Positions 38,174 to 48,849 of a DNA stretch of 64,000 bases are shown here, in pieces. The stretch is from a virus (taxonomy: Duplodnaviria; Caudoviricetes). The translations under genes and the position numbers were made by a program. Under the pieces are notes generated by a model. It did no database searches and was not told where the DNA came from. It saw only the letters and a program-made list of their open reading frames with translations. The DNA lies in IMG/VR virus record IMGVR_UViG_3300028797_002668, positions 32,001 to 96,000 of that record, one strand, 5' to 3'. Within the stretch, counting starts at the first letter, position 1; each line of letters begins with the position of its first letter.

Positions 38174-39991
38174 TTAGGAATTGCGTACAGATTCTACGAT
38201 AGCGTCAAGTTCCTTCTGAAGTTTGTCACCTTCAGTACGCTTTTCAGCTTCAGTTACGATAGATTCCAACTGAGCCTTCGCGTCAACTTCCCTCTTATCC
38301 ATTGCCGCCATAGCGGATTCAATCATGGAGATTGTTTCGACAACGGAATCAGACTTCGGTTCGGACTTTTCCGTAGCATTTACTGACTCAACAACAACAA
38401 CATCACTTTTTTCTTCTTTACTGGTCTTGACATCGATAGATTCGAGGATGCTGTCAAGCTTACCCTTTAATTCGGCGTCTTTCGCAGCAATAGCTTCAAG
38501 CTGAGCCTTATAGGCGGCTTCCTGTGATGCCTTCGCAAATTTGGAAACGATTGCTTCTACTTTGGCGGACTTGTCGCGAGCCTTTTCCTTCGCTTCAAAT
38601 TTAGCAATCACTGAATCAAGCTGAGCCATCGTCTTACTCTTCTTTTCCTTAGCCTCGTAAGCTTCGATTTGTGCTTGTACTTTTTCAGCGATGCGATTAG
38701 CACGAAATGCCTTAGCAATAGCTTCTACCTTTGCTTCAGCGTCTTCCGCATTGAAACTTTCTTGGACAACTTGTTTTTCAGCAACGGCTGATGCATCAGT
38801 AGCTGGAGCAGCTCCGCATTCTTCGGTTGCCGGAACATCAGCAGTTGCACCAGCTTCTTCAGTGACCGTAGCTTCACCTTCCGGTACGGACTCGGTTACA
38901 GCGGTTTCTTCAGCGGCATTTGCCGTATCTGCAACATCATCGGCACCTTCGGTCAATGCTTGGGCTTGCTTCGCAACGGCTTCAAAGTCGAAATCGTCAT
39001 CTTTTTTTTCATCCTTGTCGGATTTTTCATCCTTCTTGGAATCATCAGATTTTTCCTTCGGCTCGTCCTTCGGTTCATCAGCTTTCGGTTCGTCAGCCTT
39101 CGGTTCAGATTCTGGCGTAGACGCATCACCTTCAACCGGAGCAGTTGCGTCATCTTCACCAAGACCAAGGTCATTATCCAAAGCGCCAAGATCATTATCG
39201 AGGTCGTCGAGACCATCAAGACCACTAGCATCAAGTTCACCACCCTCAGCAGCGCCTGCCGCCGGTGCCGGTTCGCCTTCTACACCAAGGTCATCCGGAA
39301 CGCCAACATCCTCGATACCAGTATCAAGAGCACCGAGACCATCATTGCCAGTCAACGGATCTGCACCAAGGCCGTCATCGACATTCGGTTCAAGAGACGG
39401 TTCAGTCGGTTCGACTGTCGGTTCAACTGGGTCCATAACCGGAGCGGGTCCACCCAAAGCATTCGGGTCTTCAGCTGGGGCTGGGGCAGCGGCATCGTCA
39501 GCAACCGGTGCAATGTCGTCGGCGACCGTACCATTCGGTTGCGCATCGGAAACATTCTGAGACTGCTGAGCGTTCTTTGCCTTGGCAATAGTATCCTTGA
39601 TAAATCCAACAAGGTCACCCTTGATAATTGTACCACCTTGTGCAAGCTGTGCACACTGCACAGCACCGCAAATGTCGGTGATGTCTGCGGCAGTAATCGT
39701 TGTTCCCGGACGCTTTGCTGCTTCCTCGGCAAACTTGTCAATCACAAACTTTTGTGTCTGTTCATCCTGAAGGTCATCACCAAGATCGGCAAATTTTTCA
39801 GAAGAATCGCCATAGTTGGGATCGGTAGAAGGATTGACCGTCATCAACTCGTCAAAACCCTTCGGTTCATAATCTTCTTCCGGAGGCAGACCAAGATCCA
39901 ACTGGCTACCAAAAGACTCTAGCTGAGCCTTCGCATCGTCAATTGCGAAGATGCTCTTCACTGCGTTCTTGTTAAGTTCTGCTTGTGTCAT
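38174..39991 (-). CDS. Highly acidic, low-complexity late protein; candidate prohead core/scaffold
   Basis: D/E/A/P-rich middle, DEPKA repeats, helical C-terminal repeats with many (L/I/V/M)xE-S/A motifs. Confidence 0.65.
   Translation of the reverse strand: MTQAELNKNAVKSIFAIDDAKAQLESFGSQLDLGLPPEEDYEPKGFDELMTVNPSTDPNYGDSSEKFADLGDDLQDEQTQKFVIDKFAEEAAKRPGTTITAADITDICGAVQCAQLAQGGTIIKGDLVGFIKDTIAKAKNAQQSQNVSDAQPNGTVADDIAPVADDAAAPAPAEDPNALGGPAPVMDPVEPTVEPTEPSLEPNVDDGLGADPLTGNDGLGALDTGIEDVGVPDDLGVEGEPAPAAGAAEGGELDASGLDGLDDLDNDLGALDNDLGLGEDDATAPVEGDASTPESEPKADEPKADEPKDEPKEKSDDSKKDEKSDKDEKKDDDFDFEAVAKQAQALTEGADDVADTANAAEETAVTESVPEGEATVTEEAGATADVPATEECGAAPATDASAVAEKQVVQESFNAEDAEAKVEAIAKAFRANRIAEKVQAQIEAYEAKEKKSKTMAQLDSVIAKFEAKEKARDKSAKVEAIVSKFAKASQEAAYKAQLEAIAAKDAELKGKLDSILESIDVKTSKEEKSDVVVVESVNATEKSEPKSDSVVETISMIESAMAAMDKREVDAKAQLESIVTEAEKRTEGDKLQKELDAIVESVRNS
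39054..39110 (-). repeat. Coding tandem repeat (EPKAD, 12-15 bp units)
   Basis: SEPKADEPKADEPKDEPKE. Confidence 0.7.
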
Positions 39992-40036
39992 TGTTAAGTA
40001 TCCTTATTTGTAGCCAATTAGGCTCATTTTCCGAAT

Positions 40037-40044
40037 AGTTTATA
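40037..40044 (-). promoter_or_regulatory. Late promoter TATAAACT
   Basis: agtttata upstream of 39991. Confidence 0.7.
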
Positions 40045-40059
40045 ACGTGTCCCATATTT

Positions 40060-41661
40060 TTAATTTTCGTCATATGCAATTGCAATATCTGGTACACAGT
40101 AACCAGGGTTCGAGTTTCCACTTACTTCGAGTTGCAGATATACATAATCCGTTTCACCGGCTTGCAACGGGTTATATATGCCGCCGTCTACACGGCACAT
40201 GTTATACTGGCCGCACATGAACAACTGCTGGTTAAATACGAAGCTTCCCATACCGGGTCTTGACACACACTGATAGGCATTGATACACTTCCCAGCTTTA
40301 AGAACCTTTTCAGGGTCGACTTCAATAACTTCCTCATTCGTCCCCCCTTTATGTACGACTACACCATCAACGACTACGTCGTTCACATAGTTCGCAATAG
40401 GAGAACGAGGATTTTCAATAAATCGAAGTGGATACTTGGCACCAGAATGATTATTAAACCGGTATATCTTGTTCAAGTCAAATGTGAGCATCGGGCATCG
40501 TATGCCACCAACCATATAGCTGAAATGTCCTAACTCATCACACTCAGCGGACACGTCATATACTTCATACATCTTACCGTTATGTGGAAGCGAACTATCA
40601 TAATAAGACCGTTCCGACTCAGCAACACTAGTATATACTATACGACCTTCAGAATTAAGATCTGTAGTAAACCAACCATCATTAGGAACATATAAATCAT
40701 GTAATGGAGTTCCTGGTCGAATGAAAGTCGGCACGAAGCTTTGGTCTTTAGTATTCATCAATCTAGCGGGAACTACTATATGTCCAGTGTTAAACCTAGG
40801 GTCTCCATTAGGTTCAGCCTTGATTTTATACACTAGACCATTACAACCATCATTACTAATAAGGTCTATTTTTTCTCCAGTAATTGGGTCATTCCCGTAC
40901 ACTATTAAAAACAATGAATTATCATCAATTTGTATATATTTTTCATCAAGCGGTCTGGTAGGGTCAAATTTTCCATCTATATATGGGAAAAACTGTATCA
41001 TCGAATCAGTCGATGTCAACGAGTTATTTACAAACTCTATACGTATCGGTTCACCGGTTTCCTCAACGATACGGTCAGGGTCTGTATATGACGGAATTGG
41101 AATAACCGGTTGTCGTTCGCCATTAAGATAGATAACATTGCCATATCCGCAATCCTTGTGCTCGACTACATACTTCTTGCATGCCAGCCGATGGTCTGGA
41201 TACTGACCGTACAATCCAGCAACCGTCAAATAAAACGGATGTTCCTTACTGTAATTCCAGATATCATTTACAGCAATACCAGATTTTTGGTTAGTTGGAC
41301 GGCTATACGAAACTGAATTCCCGATGTACAACCGGGCAGCAAGAGGATCAGTTGGGCGTTCGCCTATAGGATATATACGAATATTGCTGAGCTGTACATC
41401 GGGTGGATTAATCAAATGAATTTTGAACACACTTTCCATCGAATATGCATAGCAATTCGGGTCGTCTGGTCGATAAATGCAATAAAGAGCCGCTTCACTA
41501 GCGTCATCGGCTGGTATAGTCATTCCAGTACCTTGCAAATGTTCAGAACTATAGACCGACGGTACGCAAGTATCAACTCGCTTCAGACCGATGGACGACA
41601 CCGGAGTTCCGAAATCTCCATCCTTGCCAGTATATTTCTTGATAATTACGCCAGCTGACAT
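40060..41661 (-). CDS. Probable virion structural protein
   Basis: Late promoter; YMVGGIRCPMLTFDLNKIYRF...YPLRF module seen in T4-like structural proteins, partly duplicated (IYLNGERQP). Confidence 0.55.
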   Translation of the reverse strand: MSAGVIIKKYTGKDGDFGTPVSSIGLKRVDTCVPSVYSSEHLQGTGMTIPADDASEAALYCIYRPDDPNCYAYSMESVFKIHLINPPDVQLSNIRIYPIGERPTDPLAARLYIGNSVSYSRPTNQKSGIAVNDIWNYSKEHPFYLTVAGLYGQYPDHRLACKKYVVEHKDCGYGNVIYLNGERQPVIPIPSYTDPDRIVEETGEPIRIEFVNNSLTSTDSMIQFFPYIDGKFDPTRPLDEKYIQIDDNSLFLIVYGNDPITGEKIDLISNDGCNGLVYKIKAEPNGDPRFNTGHIVVPARLMNTKDQSFVPTFIRPGTPLHDLYVPNDGWFTTDLNSEGRIVYTSVAESERSYYDSSLPHNGKMYEVYDVSAECDELGHFSYMVGGIRCPMLTFDLNKIYRFNNHSGAKYPLRFIENPRSPIANYVNDVVVDGVVVHKGGTNEEVIEVDPEKVLKAGKCINAYQCVSRPGMGSFVFNQQLFMCGQYNMCRVDGGIYNPLQAGETDYVYLQLEVSGNSNPGYCVPDIAIAYDEN

Positions 41662-41689
41662 AAAACCCTGCGAAGTGTACTTTCCTCGC

Positions 41690-41697
41690 AGTTTATA
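41690..41697 (-). promoter_or_regulatory. Late promoter TATAAACT
   Basis: 20-bp context ctcgcagtttatataatttt identical to the 46440 copy. Confidence 0.75.
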
Positions 41698-41710
41698 TAA
41701 TTTTCATTTT

Positions 41711-44700
41711 CTAGCGTTTCAACAAGTCGTTCGCCGACGTCATCCTACCCTTTGTAATAAGCTTGTACAACTGCTCAGTAGTCAAGGCGGTTGCACGAGC
41801 GTCAACGTGGACATGCTCCTTGGTAAGTGAAGCCTTGCGTATTCCGGCCAACTGGGCATTCGACACTACTTTTTCGTAAATTGACTCATCGCCGTCTTCC
41901 TCGTTGGCTCCAGCACCCTTGATAGAACCGTCCGTCGACTTCGGAGCGTTGTCGTTGATGTCCTTCTGCTTATATATATTACGAAGCTTGTCGAAGTCAA
42001 TAAGGTCTTGACCAGCAATTAATCCGAATTCATTTTCTAGCATTGACTCCATAGTCGCGTTCGGACCGTCCTTGAAATGGTCGTACATCAATTTTCCGCC
42101 AAAATTTTCGAACATTTCTCGAATCTTATCAAATTCGTTCTTAATCTGTGTAGCAATTAAAGAATGTATTAAACGAGCGTCACCTCGTTCAACATTTCCG
42201 TCCCGGTCAAACCCTTCAATGAAACTTTCATCACTTACAGTTTCCACTTGGTATCCCATAGCTACAAGCTGGTCTTCGGTATAGAAAACACCCTTTATCC
42301 ACATACCACGTTTCATATTCTGCACATTGGCTTGCTTCTCTCCAAAGAAGTTCCCCTTTGAATTAGGGTTGTAGTCAGGAACCAAATCAGTCGTCTTGAT
42401 ATGAATTCTGCCGTCATTTACAGAAATCCATGCGCCGCCGTCACCGACGGACTCAATATATATCTTTGCATCCGCATACAAGCTGCCAAGGTAATCTTGA
42501 ACCATTGCAACATAGTCTTCAGAAAATTTGGAATCGACCGTATTCCGGTACTTCTCAACATATTCACCAGCAATAAGAGCCTTTGCTGCAGATAGACTTC
42601 CTATCATGCCATAATACATAATAAGTTGCTTATATGAACGGTCGTTAAGCGACTTCCACTCAGTCATACTTGCACGGGCGGTCTTGGAAGTACCATTAGC
42701 ACCTTGCTTTGCGTTTACCAAGTTCACAAATTCAAGTATGTTCTGCAAAACCAAATCATTTGGAACCTTGTAGTTTCGAATATTTGCTGGGCTTACATAA
42801 TGATGACCGTTAATAATGATAGCATTCGTGTAAGCAGACCCCTTCCGCAGAACATATGGTATCTTTGTATCTGGCGACTTGTCATACACATAACCAGCCG
42901 CATCTACGTCTACGAAACCAAGCGACATAACTGGGTCTTCTTGGTTGAACATAGCGTCGCGAAACTTAGGAGCATCCTTGTGATTTACACCAATAGGCAA
43001 AAATTCCCAATCAAATAGGTTGGCACCCATCTTGAGACGACCGCACCATACGACATTCAACGGCTTTCCAAATGCACCGTTAGCACAAGCCACGGTAAAT
43101 CCTTCAGCAATGTCGATAAGTTTTTTCATGTCATCACTACCGTCCTCGATAGCCAATCCAGTAATCGGGTCGTTAATTAAGATTTTTATTGCAAGGCCAT
43201 AGTTATGCCATGACAAAAACGTGCTTTCCGCACTTCCAGTACACAATAGAGCTTGGTCATCAATAGAACGCATCGTATCGACAACTTCGACTTGACGAGC
43301 ACCGTAAGTATTACGTAAAATACCAAGCAATATGGAAACAGCGTCATATATTCCAAGCTGTGCTCGCATGTCACCTATACGCTTAGAACTCGGTCTGAAA
43401 ATTCTCCATCCTTCCGTCTTGTCATCATTGGCCGGTACTTCGCGTGAAATACTCGCATACTTACTTTGGTCGAATGCTCCGTAACTCTCAAACGCCCATC
43501 TACGGATTTCACTGTCGTAAGGTAAGTACGGCATCTTGTACTCAATACGAACTGGAGTAAGTTCATCTGACTTGCTAGTCGGATCAAGAGGTAAATATGC
43601 ACCGTATACAAATACCACAGAACCTTCGGACAAATTACCATTTGTTATATGAAACTCGCGAGACGACTTTGTAATAGCAACGGTAACACGAACTCCTTCG
43701 GCATTAGTCAGAACAAAATCTGAACTCTTAAACTTAGTTATGGTATGTGGCTGTATCTGTCCAGTCTCATTACCTTCTAAATCCATATCAAACACTAATG
43801 AACCATTCTTGACATTAGCATTCTTATTAATTGGAACGAACTGCTGTGGCTCGTTCGTATTTTGTGGATAAGATTCATAAACATCATTATCTACAAATGT
43901 CACTTCAGCCCATCTGACTCCAATTGAACGCTTGACCATCTTGTGACGCGTACGGAAAAATTTACGATAGCGAACACGAACCTTCTTATACATCAGCACC
44001 GGAACCATAAACCGAGCTGGCATATACAAGTAAGGACATGGACGGTCGTTACGATTATCAACATAAGACTTGTTATCAAATACCGACTCACCTGTAAACG
44101 TCTGGTACCAGCGTATTTTATTAATGGTGTCCATTAATTCAGCATACTTTTCTTTGGCTTCACGCAGTTTCAACTTCTGCACTAACAAGTACGCCGGCCC
44201 GAAAAACAGTGACTGGACGGTCAGTATATTATCAATTTCGTCAATCGATTCATCCATTACATCGGTAGCAAATTTGATACAACCATCGATATCAGAATTC
44301 GGTATATCGCCTACATTGTCATACTTATCATATGCCGGAACAAAATCAGATTGCGACATTACATAACCAGCCAAAGAGCACGAATCCCACTGTACCACTT
44401 TTATTTCAGTGTCATCAGTTAATCCACCATTAAATGCAATAGACTCGCTCCCAAATTTCTTGCGATTTATAGCATCCAGCATGCAAGTAATATTCCATTC
44501 GCATATATCAGCGAACTGCTTAGCCGAACCTCCATATTGAACCGAATCATTATTAAATTCAGCGGTCAAAGTCTCAACGCCTTGAATCGTGCTATTACGT
44601 TCATTAGGAGCGAATGTTGGATTTACCGGCTTTGTCAAAGTTACCGAACCAGCATCGCCAACCGCAGTGATATCAACAAAAAATCCAACGTTACCTTCAT

Positions 44701-46414
44701 ATTCGCCATACCACCATTTTGAATACAAATGGTCGCCTTCAGATTTTCCATTTTTCTTGTTAATCATCACTGTAAAATAGTCACACAGTTCCTTCTTAAT
44801 TTCCGCCCAAGTCATCTTCTTCGACATAATAAGATTGTTTGCATATGCATTTGCCGATGACAAGCTATTTGTCGTGGAATAATACATCCACGGTCTATCA
44901 GACCGATTAGAAACCCCATACGTATAGTTAGGAGTCCATACATTTACCAAGAATTGGTGCGGCGTCACTGTATAATTTGCTTTATGGACATCCATAACCG
45001 TGCCGCCATAATTAGCAATAGCACGAAAATGGACGTTTTCAAACCCATTTGTTGTCGGATATGCCGATATATATCCAGCATCCTTCATCTTGTCAAGTAC
45101 ATTAACACAAGAAGCCAAGTCTATGTAATATGTAACCTCTGTCCCCGGTGCAACCTTCTTCATAAGCCGATCGCTTTCACGACGTAACTTTCGACGAAGC
45201 GATGAAGACATGAATGTTTGTACTCCACCGATTTCCATTATACTATTGTATGTATCGAAATACCGGTCGTTGAACTCATCAGCAAGTTCGTCCGCATGGT
45301 AAAAATACTTCTTGAACGCATCAGAGACATTTGGAATTAGAGCCGTAGCATTCTGTATCGTATTTGTAGAACCGTCAGAACTAACGACGGTTTCAGTACC
45401 CTTCATATTAGGCAATGGGTTATTATCGCCACGTGTGTAGCACTTGTTCACAAACGAATTCAAACGAGGGTAATAATCTTCCCATTTAGCACGACGGTTG
45501 AAATCCTTATCGTACGTCCAATCACCGGGTTCAATAACATTCCCGACACTATCGCGTACTGGTTCAGCAAACGAATCGTCGTAATAGGTCACTTTTAGAC
45601 CCATGTTATTCTGTCCCAAGATTTTAGACATATCATTCAATCTGCGAACGAACGTATCATAACCAATTACCATTCCACGTTTTTTTGTTTTAGACTGGTT
45701 GACACTACGAGCGTACCATTTCCAGCCAAGATAACGCGAACCATAGAAACCAAGAGCACCAAGCGCACAGTTCACCCAGTTTTCATCAAAATGCAAATCC
45801 CAAGGATTCTGATTCGTATCGTAAAACGACGGATCTAGTGGGTTCATCTCCAAACCGCCGGAAATCGGTTCGCGTGTCGCCACTGATTTTACTTTTGTCA
45901 GGTTCTGCAGACGGACTCTCGGAACAAATGACACTGTAATACCATAGACTGGCGTCCGAAAACCGTCCTTACTAATGTACAGATTGTCGATAACAGCAAC
46001 CTTATCTTGACCATCTTGAACATCGTACGCGGCATGTCCCATTGTCAAACTAACGCTTGGCATAGGCGAACTAGATTCTGGTATCTGTATCATGTTTGCT
46101 GACACTAGCTCGTCAATCGGACAACACTCAGCAATAGTTAAATTACGAGAAACATCCTCACCATCCAAATGGTACTCGATAACTACCGACGCGTTCACGT
46201 CAATTAACGAATCTCCATACTTTATACCGCTGATTTTGTACATCACGTTATTTGTGACATACTCGTTCATACCGACATCGTCGGCTGTGCCATCTTCATT
46301 ACCGGTTTCAGAACTGGCTGTACTTTTTAAGTCGATACCGCTCAGATCGAGATGAATCTCGGTCTTAACCGTTTTCTCGATGTAAAACTTCTCGAAATCA
46401 AAAAGGCCAGCCAT
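41711..46414 (-). CDS. Giant late protein (1567 aa) with an embedded degenerate M15C peptidase-like domain
   Basis: DTMRSIDDQALL...SWHNYGLAIKI...WCGRL...FDWEF at about 43000-43300. Confidence 0.6.
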   Translation of the reverse strand: MAGLFDFEKFYIEKTVKTEIHLDLSGIDLKSTASSETGNEDGTADDVGMNEYVTNNVMYKISGIKYGDSLIDVNASVVIEYHLDGEDVSRNLTIAECCPIDELVSANMIQIPESSSPMPSVSLTMGHAAYDVQDGQDKVAVIDNLYISKDGFRTPVYGITVSFVPRVRLQNLTKVKSVATREPISGGLEMNPLDPSFYDTNQNPWDLHFDENWVNCALGALGFYGSRYLGWKWYARSVNQSKTKKRGMVIGYDTFVRRLNDMSKILGQNNMGLKVTYYDDSFAEPVRDSVGNVIEPGDWTYDKDFNRRAKWEDYYPRLNSFVNKCYTRGDNNPLPNMKGTETVVSSDGSTNTIQNATALIPNVSDAFKKYFYHADELADEFNDRYFDTYNSIMEIGGVQTFMSSSLRRKLRRESDRLMKKVAPGTEVTYYIDLASCVNVLDKMKDAGYISAYPTTNGFENVHFRAIANYGGTVMDVHKANYTVTPHQFLVNVWTPNYTYGVSNRSDRPWMYYSTTNSLSSANAYANNLIMSKKMTWAEIKKELCDYFTVMINKKNGKSEGDHLYSKWWYGEYEGNVGFFVDITAVGDAGSVTLTKPVNPTFAPNERNSTIQGVETLTAEFNNDSVQYGGSAKQFADICEWNITCMLDAINRKKFGSESIAFNGGLTDDTEIKVVQWDSCSLAGYVMSQSDFVPAYDKYDNVGDIPNSDIDGCIKFATDVMDESIDEIDNILTVQSLFFGPAYLLVQKLKLREAKEKYAELMDTINKIRWYQTFTGESVFDNKSYVDNRNDRPCPYLYMPARFMVPVLMYKKVRVRYRKFFRTRHKMVKRSIGVRWAEVTFVDNDVYESYPQNTNEPQQFVPINKNANVKNGSLVFDMDLEGNETGQIQPHTITKFKSSDFVLTNAEGVRVTVAITKSSREFHITNGNLSEGSVVFVYGAYLPLDPTSKSDELTPVRIEYKMPYLPYDSEIRRWAFESYGAFDQSKYASISREVPANDDKTEGWRIFRPSSKRIGDMRAQLGIYDAVSILLGILRNTYGARQVEVVDTMRSIDDQALLCTGSAESTFLSWHNYGLAIKILINDPITGLAIEDGSDDMKKLIDIAEGFTVACANGAFGKPLNVVWCGRLKMGANLFDWEFLPIGVNHKDAPKFRDAMFNQEDPVMSLGFVDVDAAGYVYDKSPDTKIPYVLRKGSAYTNAIIINGHHYVSPANIRNYKVPNDLVLQNILEFVNLVNAKQGANGTSKTARASMTEWKSLNDRSYKQLIMYYGMIGSLSAAKALIAGEYVEKYRNTVDSKFSEDYVAMVQDYLGSLYADAKIYIESVGDGGAWISVNDGRIHIKTTDLVPDYNPNSKGNFFGEKQANVQNMKRGMWIKGVFYTEDQLVAMGYQVETVSDESFIEGFDRDGNVERGDARLIHSLIATQIKNEFDKIREMFENFGGKLMYDHFKDGPNATMESMLENEFGLIAGQDLIDFDKLRNIYKQKDINDNAPKSTDGSIKGAGANEEDGDESIYEKVVSNAQLAGIRKASLTKEHVHVDARATALTTEQLYKLITKGRMTSANDLLKR

Positions 46415-46439
46415 CTATGTACCAATTTAAACTACTCGC

Positions 46440-46447
46440 AGTTTATA
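46440..46447 (-). promoter_or_regulatory. Late promoter TATAAACT
   Basis: agtttata upstream of 46414. Confidence 0.75.
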
Positions 46448-46459
46448 TAATTTTGGCTG

Positions 46460-48727
46460 CTACACCTTCTGGTGCATCGGCAAAATATCGCCCAAACGCG
46501 AGTAGATTCCGTTGTAGTTCACTTCGAGGTGATAGTCGAACTTGTCGGCCACGGTCTTACCACGGTGAGTGATAACCATAGCGCAACCGATGTCGGCCAT
46601 CATCAACTTTGCAAGGTCGAGCATTTCGCGCATAGCGGTGTCGTCGGTCGAAATGTCAAGCACTTCGTCAAGGGACAAGAAGTTGACATTGAAGTTTCCG
46701 ACCATAGACACGAAGTCACGGAACGCCATAGACACGGCAAAGCCCAGTCTACGCTTCTGACCTTGGGACAACATCGTGTAGTTCGGCGAAAGACCCGGAA
46801 GCGTCTGGAACGTGTAATCCATCGCGTCACCGAACGTGACGATGAACGGAAGACCAGCCTTCGCGAGGTTACGAGCCACAATCTTGTTGAATTCCGGCAC
46901 GAACATACCGAACACCATTTTCTTCATACCGTCGTCGGCACAAATCTTGGTAATCGTGTCGCACAAGGCCATCGTGTCGGAATTGTCCGCCCGACGCTTT
47001 TTTGCATCGGCAAGCATCGCTTGGTTCTTCTTAATCTTCTTTTCCATAACGGCCACGGCATTATCGTCAGCCGACTCGGCCTTCTCGATATCGGCCTTCA
47101 GCTTGTCAGCGGAAGACTGCATCTGACGAATGGCCTCATCCAAGGTAGAATACTCACCGACAGCATCATTCAACTTGTCAGTAGCAGCGGAATAATCTTC
47201 GCGAATCTTCGGGAAGGTCGCCTTCTTTGCCTTTGCTTCATCGAGTTCCTTTTTCAAGGAGTCAACGTCCAGACCTTCAAGCATTTCCTCATACTTCGAT
47301 ACATTCAGCAAGGCAGCATTGAACGCGGAACGCGCCGGACGGAACACCTCAATATCAAGCTGTGAAATACGGCTTACCTCGGCGTCAAGGTTTTCAATAT
47401 CCACGCGAACCTTTTCGGCTTCCTCCTTTGCGGTGTTAGCCTTTGCTTGGAGTTCGTCACGTTCCTTTGTCAGCGTAGTAACCTTCTTGTTCAGTTCCTT
47501 CCACTTTTCACGGAGCGCGGACTTGTGGGTGTTGACTTCTTCCTCGGTGGCAACGTGGCCGCAAGTCGGACACGGCTTACCAACGACAAAGGACTTGCCT
47601 TCGTCAACGATACGGTCTAAATCTTTCTGCGTGAACTTGATTGTCATATCCTTTTCGGAGCAATCACTGGACAACGAATTGAACTCGGCCATATGCTTGT
47701 TATAGTCGGCCTCCAGCATGGAGCGTTGGCCAGTCAAGGACTGACGCTTCGCGAATTCCGGGTCGAGCTTCTTGGAAATATCGGCGAACTTTTCCTTCTT
47801 CTCGTCGGCATCGGCACGAGCAGATTCGAGCAGAGGGAAAGCGGAAATCTTCTTGTTGATGTCCTCAATCGTAGAATCAACCGTGATTTCGGCGGCCAAG
47901 GAATTCTTCAGTTCCTTGGCGGTTTGTCGTAACTTGTTTACCTCGGTCTCCTTATCGGATAGCGAAGTCTTCTTTTCCGATATTTGCGAAAGAAGCGCGG
48001 TATAGTCAGTTTTCATCTGGGCAAGGTTAGCAGCGTGCTCGCTTTTCATTCGCTTATAAATTTCGACCAGTTCCGCAATTTCGGAGGAAATCTGCGCGAT
48101 ATCAGATTCAGCAATCGAAAAGGCTAGCTTCGCGTCGGAAGCCTTCTTTCCGTTCGCCTTCTTCCACTTGTCCAATGATAGTGATATGATCGACTCAAGA
48201 AGTTCGCGCTTCTTCGCTGCGGGGAGCATAAAGAACGGCTGGGTTTCTTGGGTGTTCATAGCAATTACGTTCTTGAACAGAACGTCGTTGAACTGGAGAA
48301 CATTTTCCTCGAAATCCTTCTGCGTATATCCAGCTCGCTTGTTCTGTGCGACCCATGTGTCACCTTCAAGCTTTTCGAGCAAGAACTTCATAGTGGACTT
48401 GGCACCAGAAATAGTTCTGGTCACGCGGTAGCTCTCGGTCGGAGACGGCGAATTCTCGATATCAAACAAGAGTTCGACAACCGTCGGCGGACCTTCCTCC
48501 GGACGATTCACGTTAAAATTCTTCGAGTTACGCAAATCGGCCATCGTACCGCCACGGTAGGACTTACCCAGCAAGGCAAACGTCATCGCCTCGACGATGG
48601 TGGACTTACCGAACCCGTTGTCTCCGTGAACCCAAGTAAGACCGTCGTTGAACGTAAACTTGTTCAGCGTCGAGCCATAACTCAAAAAGTTTCGGAAGGT
48701 CACTTCCTTAAAAATCAGCTTGTGCAT
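46460..48727 (-). CDS. gp46: Recombination endonuclease ATPase subunit gp46 (Rad50/SbcC-like)
   Basis: FRNFLSYG, Walker A GDNGFGKST, Zn-hook CPTCG, signature LSQGQ, Walker B LDEVLD. Confidence 0.92.
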   Translation of the reverse strand: MHKLIFKEVTFRNFLSYGSTLNKFTFNDGLTWVHGDNGFGKSTIVEAMTFALLGKSYRGGTMADLRNSKNFNVNRPEEGPPTVVELLFDIENSPSPTESYRVTRTISGAKSTMKFLLEKLEGDTWVAQNKRAGYTQKDFEENVLQFNDVLFKNVIAMNTQETQPFFMLPAAKKRELLESIISLSLDKWKKANGKKASDAKLAFSIAESDIAQISSEIAELVEIYKRMKSEHAANLAQMKTDYTALLSQISEKKTSLSDKETEVNKLRQTAKELKNSLAAEITVDSTIEDINKKISAFPLLESARADADEKKEKFADISKKLDPEFAKRQSLTGQRSMLEADYNKHMAEFNSLSSDCSEKDMTIKFTQKDLDRIVDEGKSFVVGKPCPTCGHVATEEEVNTHKSALREKWKELNKKVTTLTKERDELQAKANTAKEEAEKVRVDIENLDAEVSRISQLDIEVFRPARSAFNAALLNVSKYEEMLEGLDVDSLKKELDEAKAKKATFPKIREDYSAATDKLNDAVGEYSTLDEAIRQMQSSADKLKADIEKAESADDNAVAVMEKKIKKNQAMLADAKKRRADNSDTMALCDTITKICADDGMKKMVFGMFVPEFNKIVARNLAKAGLPFIVTFGDAMDYTFQTLPGLSPNYTMLSQGQKRRLGFAVSMAFRDFVSMVGNFNVNFLSLDEVLDISTDDTAMREMLDLAKLMMADIGCAMVITHRGKTVADKFDYHLEVNYNGIYSRLGDILPMHQKV

Positions 48728-48752
48728 ATCAAATTCCTATAGAAACACCACC

Positions 48753-48781
48753 AATATAGTCCATTGGTGGTTGAATTGCAA
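48753..48781 (-). promoter_or_regulatory. Sigma70-type promoter TTGCAA-N17-TATATT within a 9-bp inverted repeat
   Basis: accaccaat/attggtggt inverted repeat overlapping the -10 box and spacer. Confidence 0.65.
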
Positions 48782-48849
48782 GTTTGGCTATTTCGGTTTA
48801 AACTGGTTAATCCTTTCCAAACCTTCCTTCTGTTTAAGCATTTTCCAGC

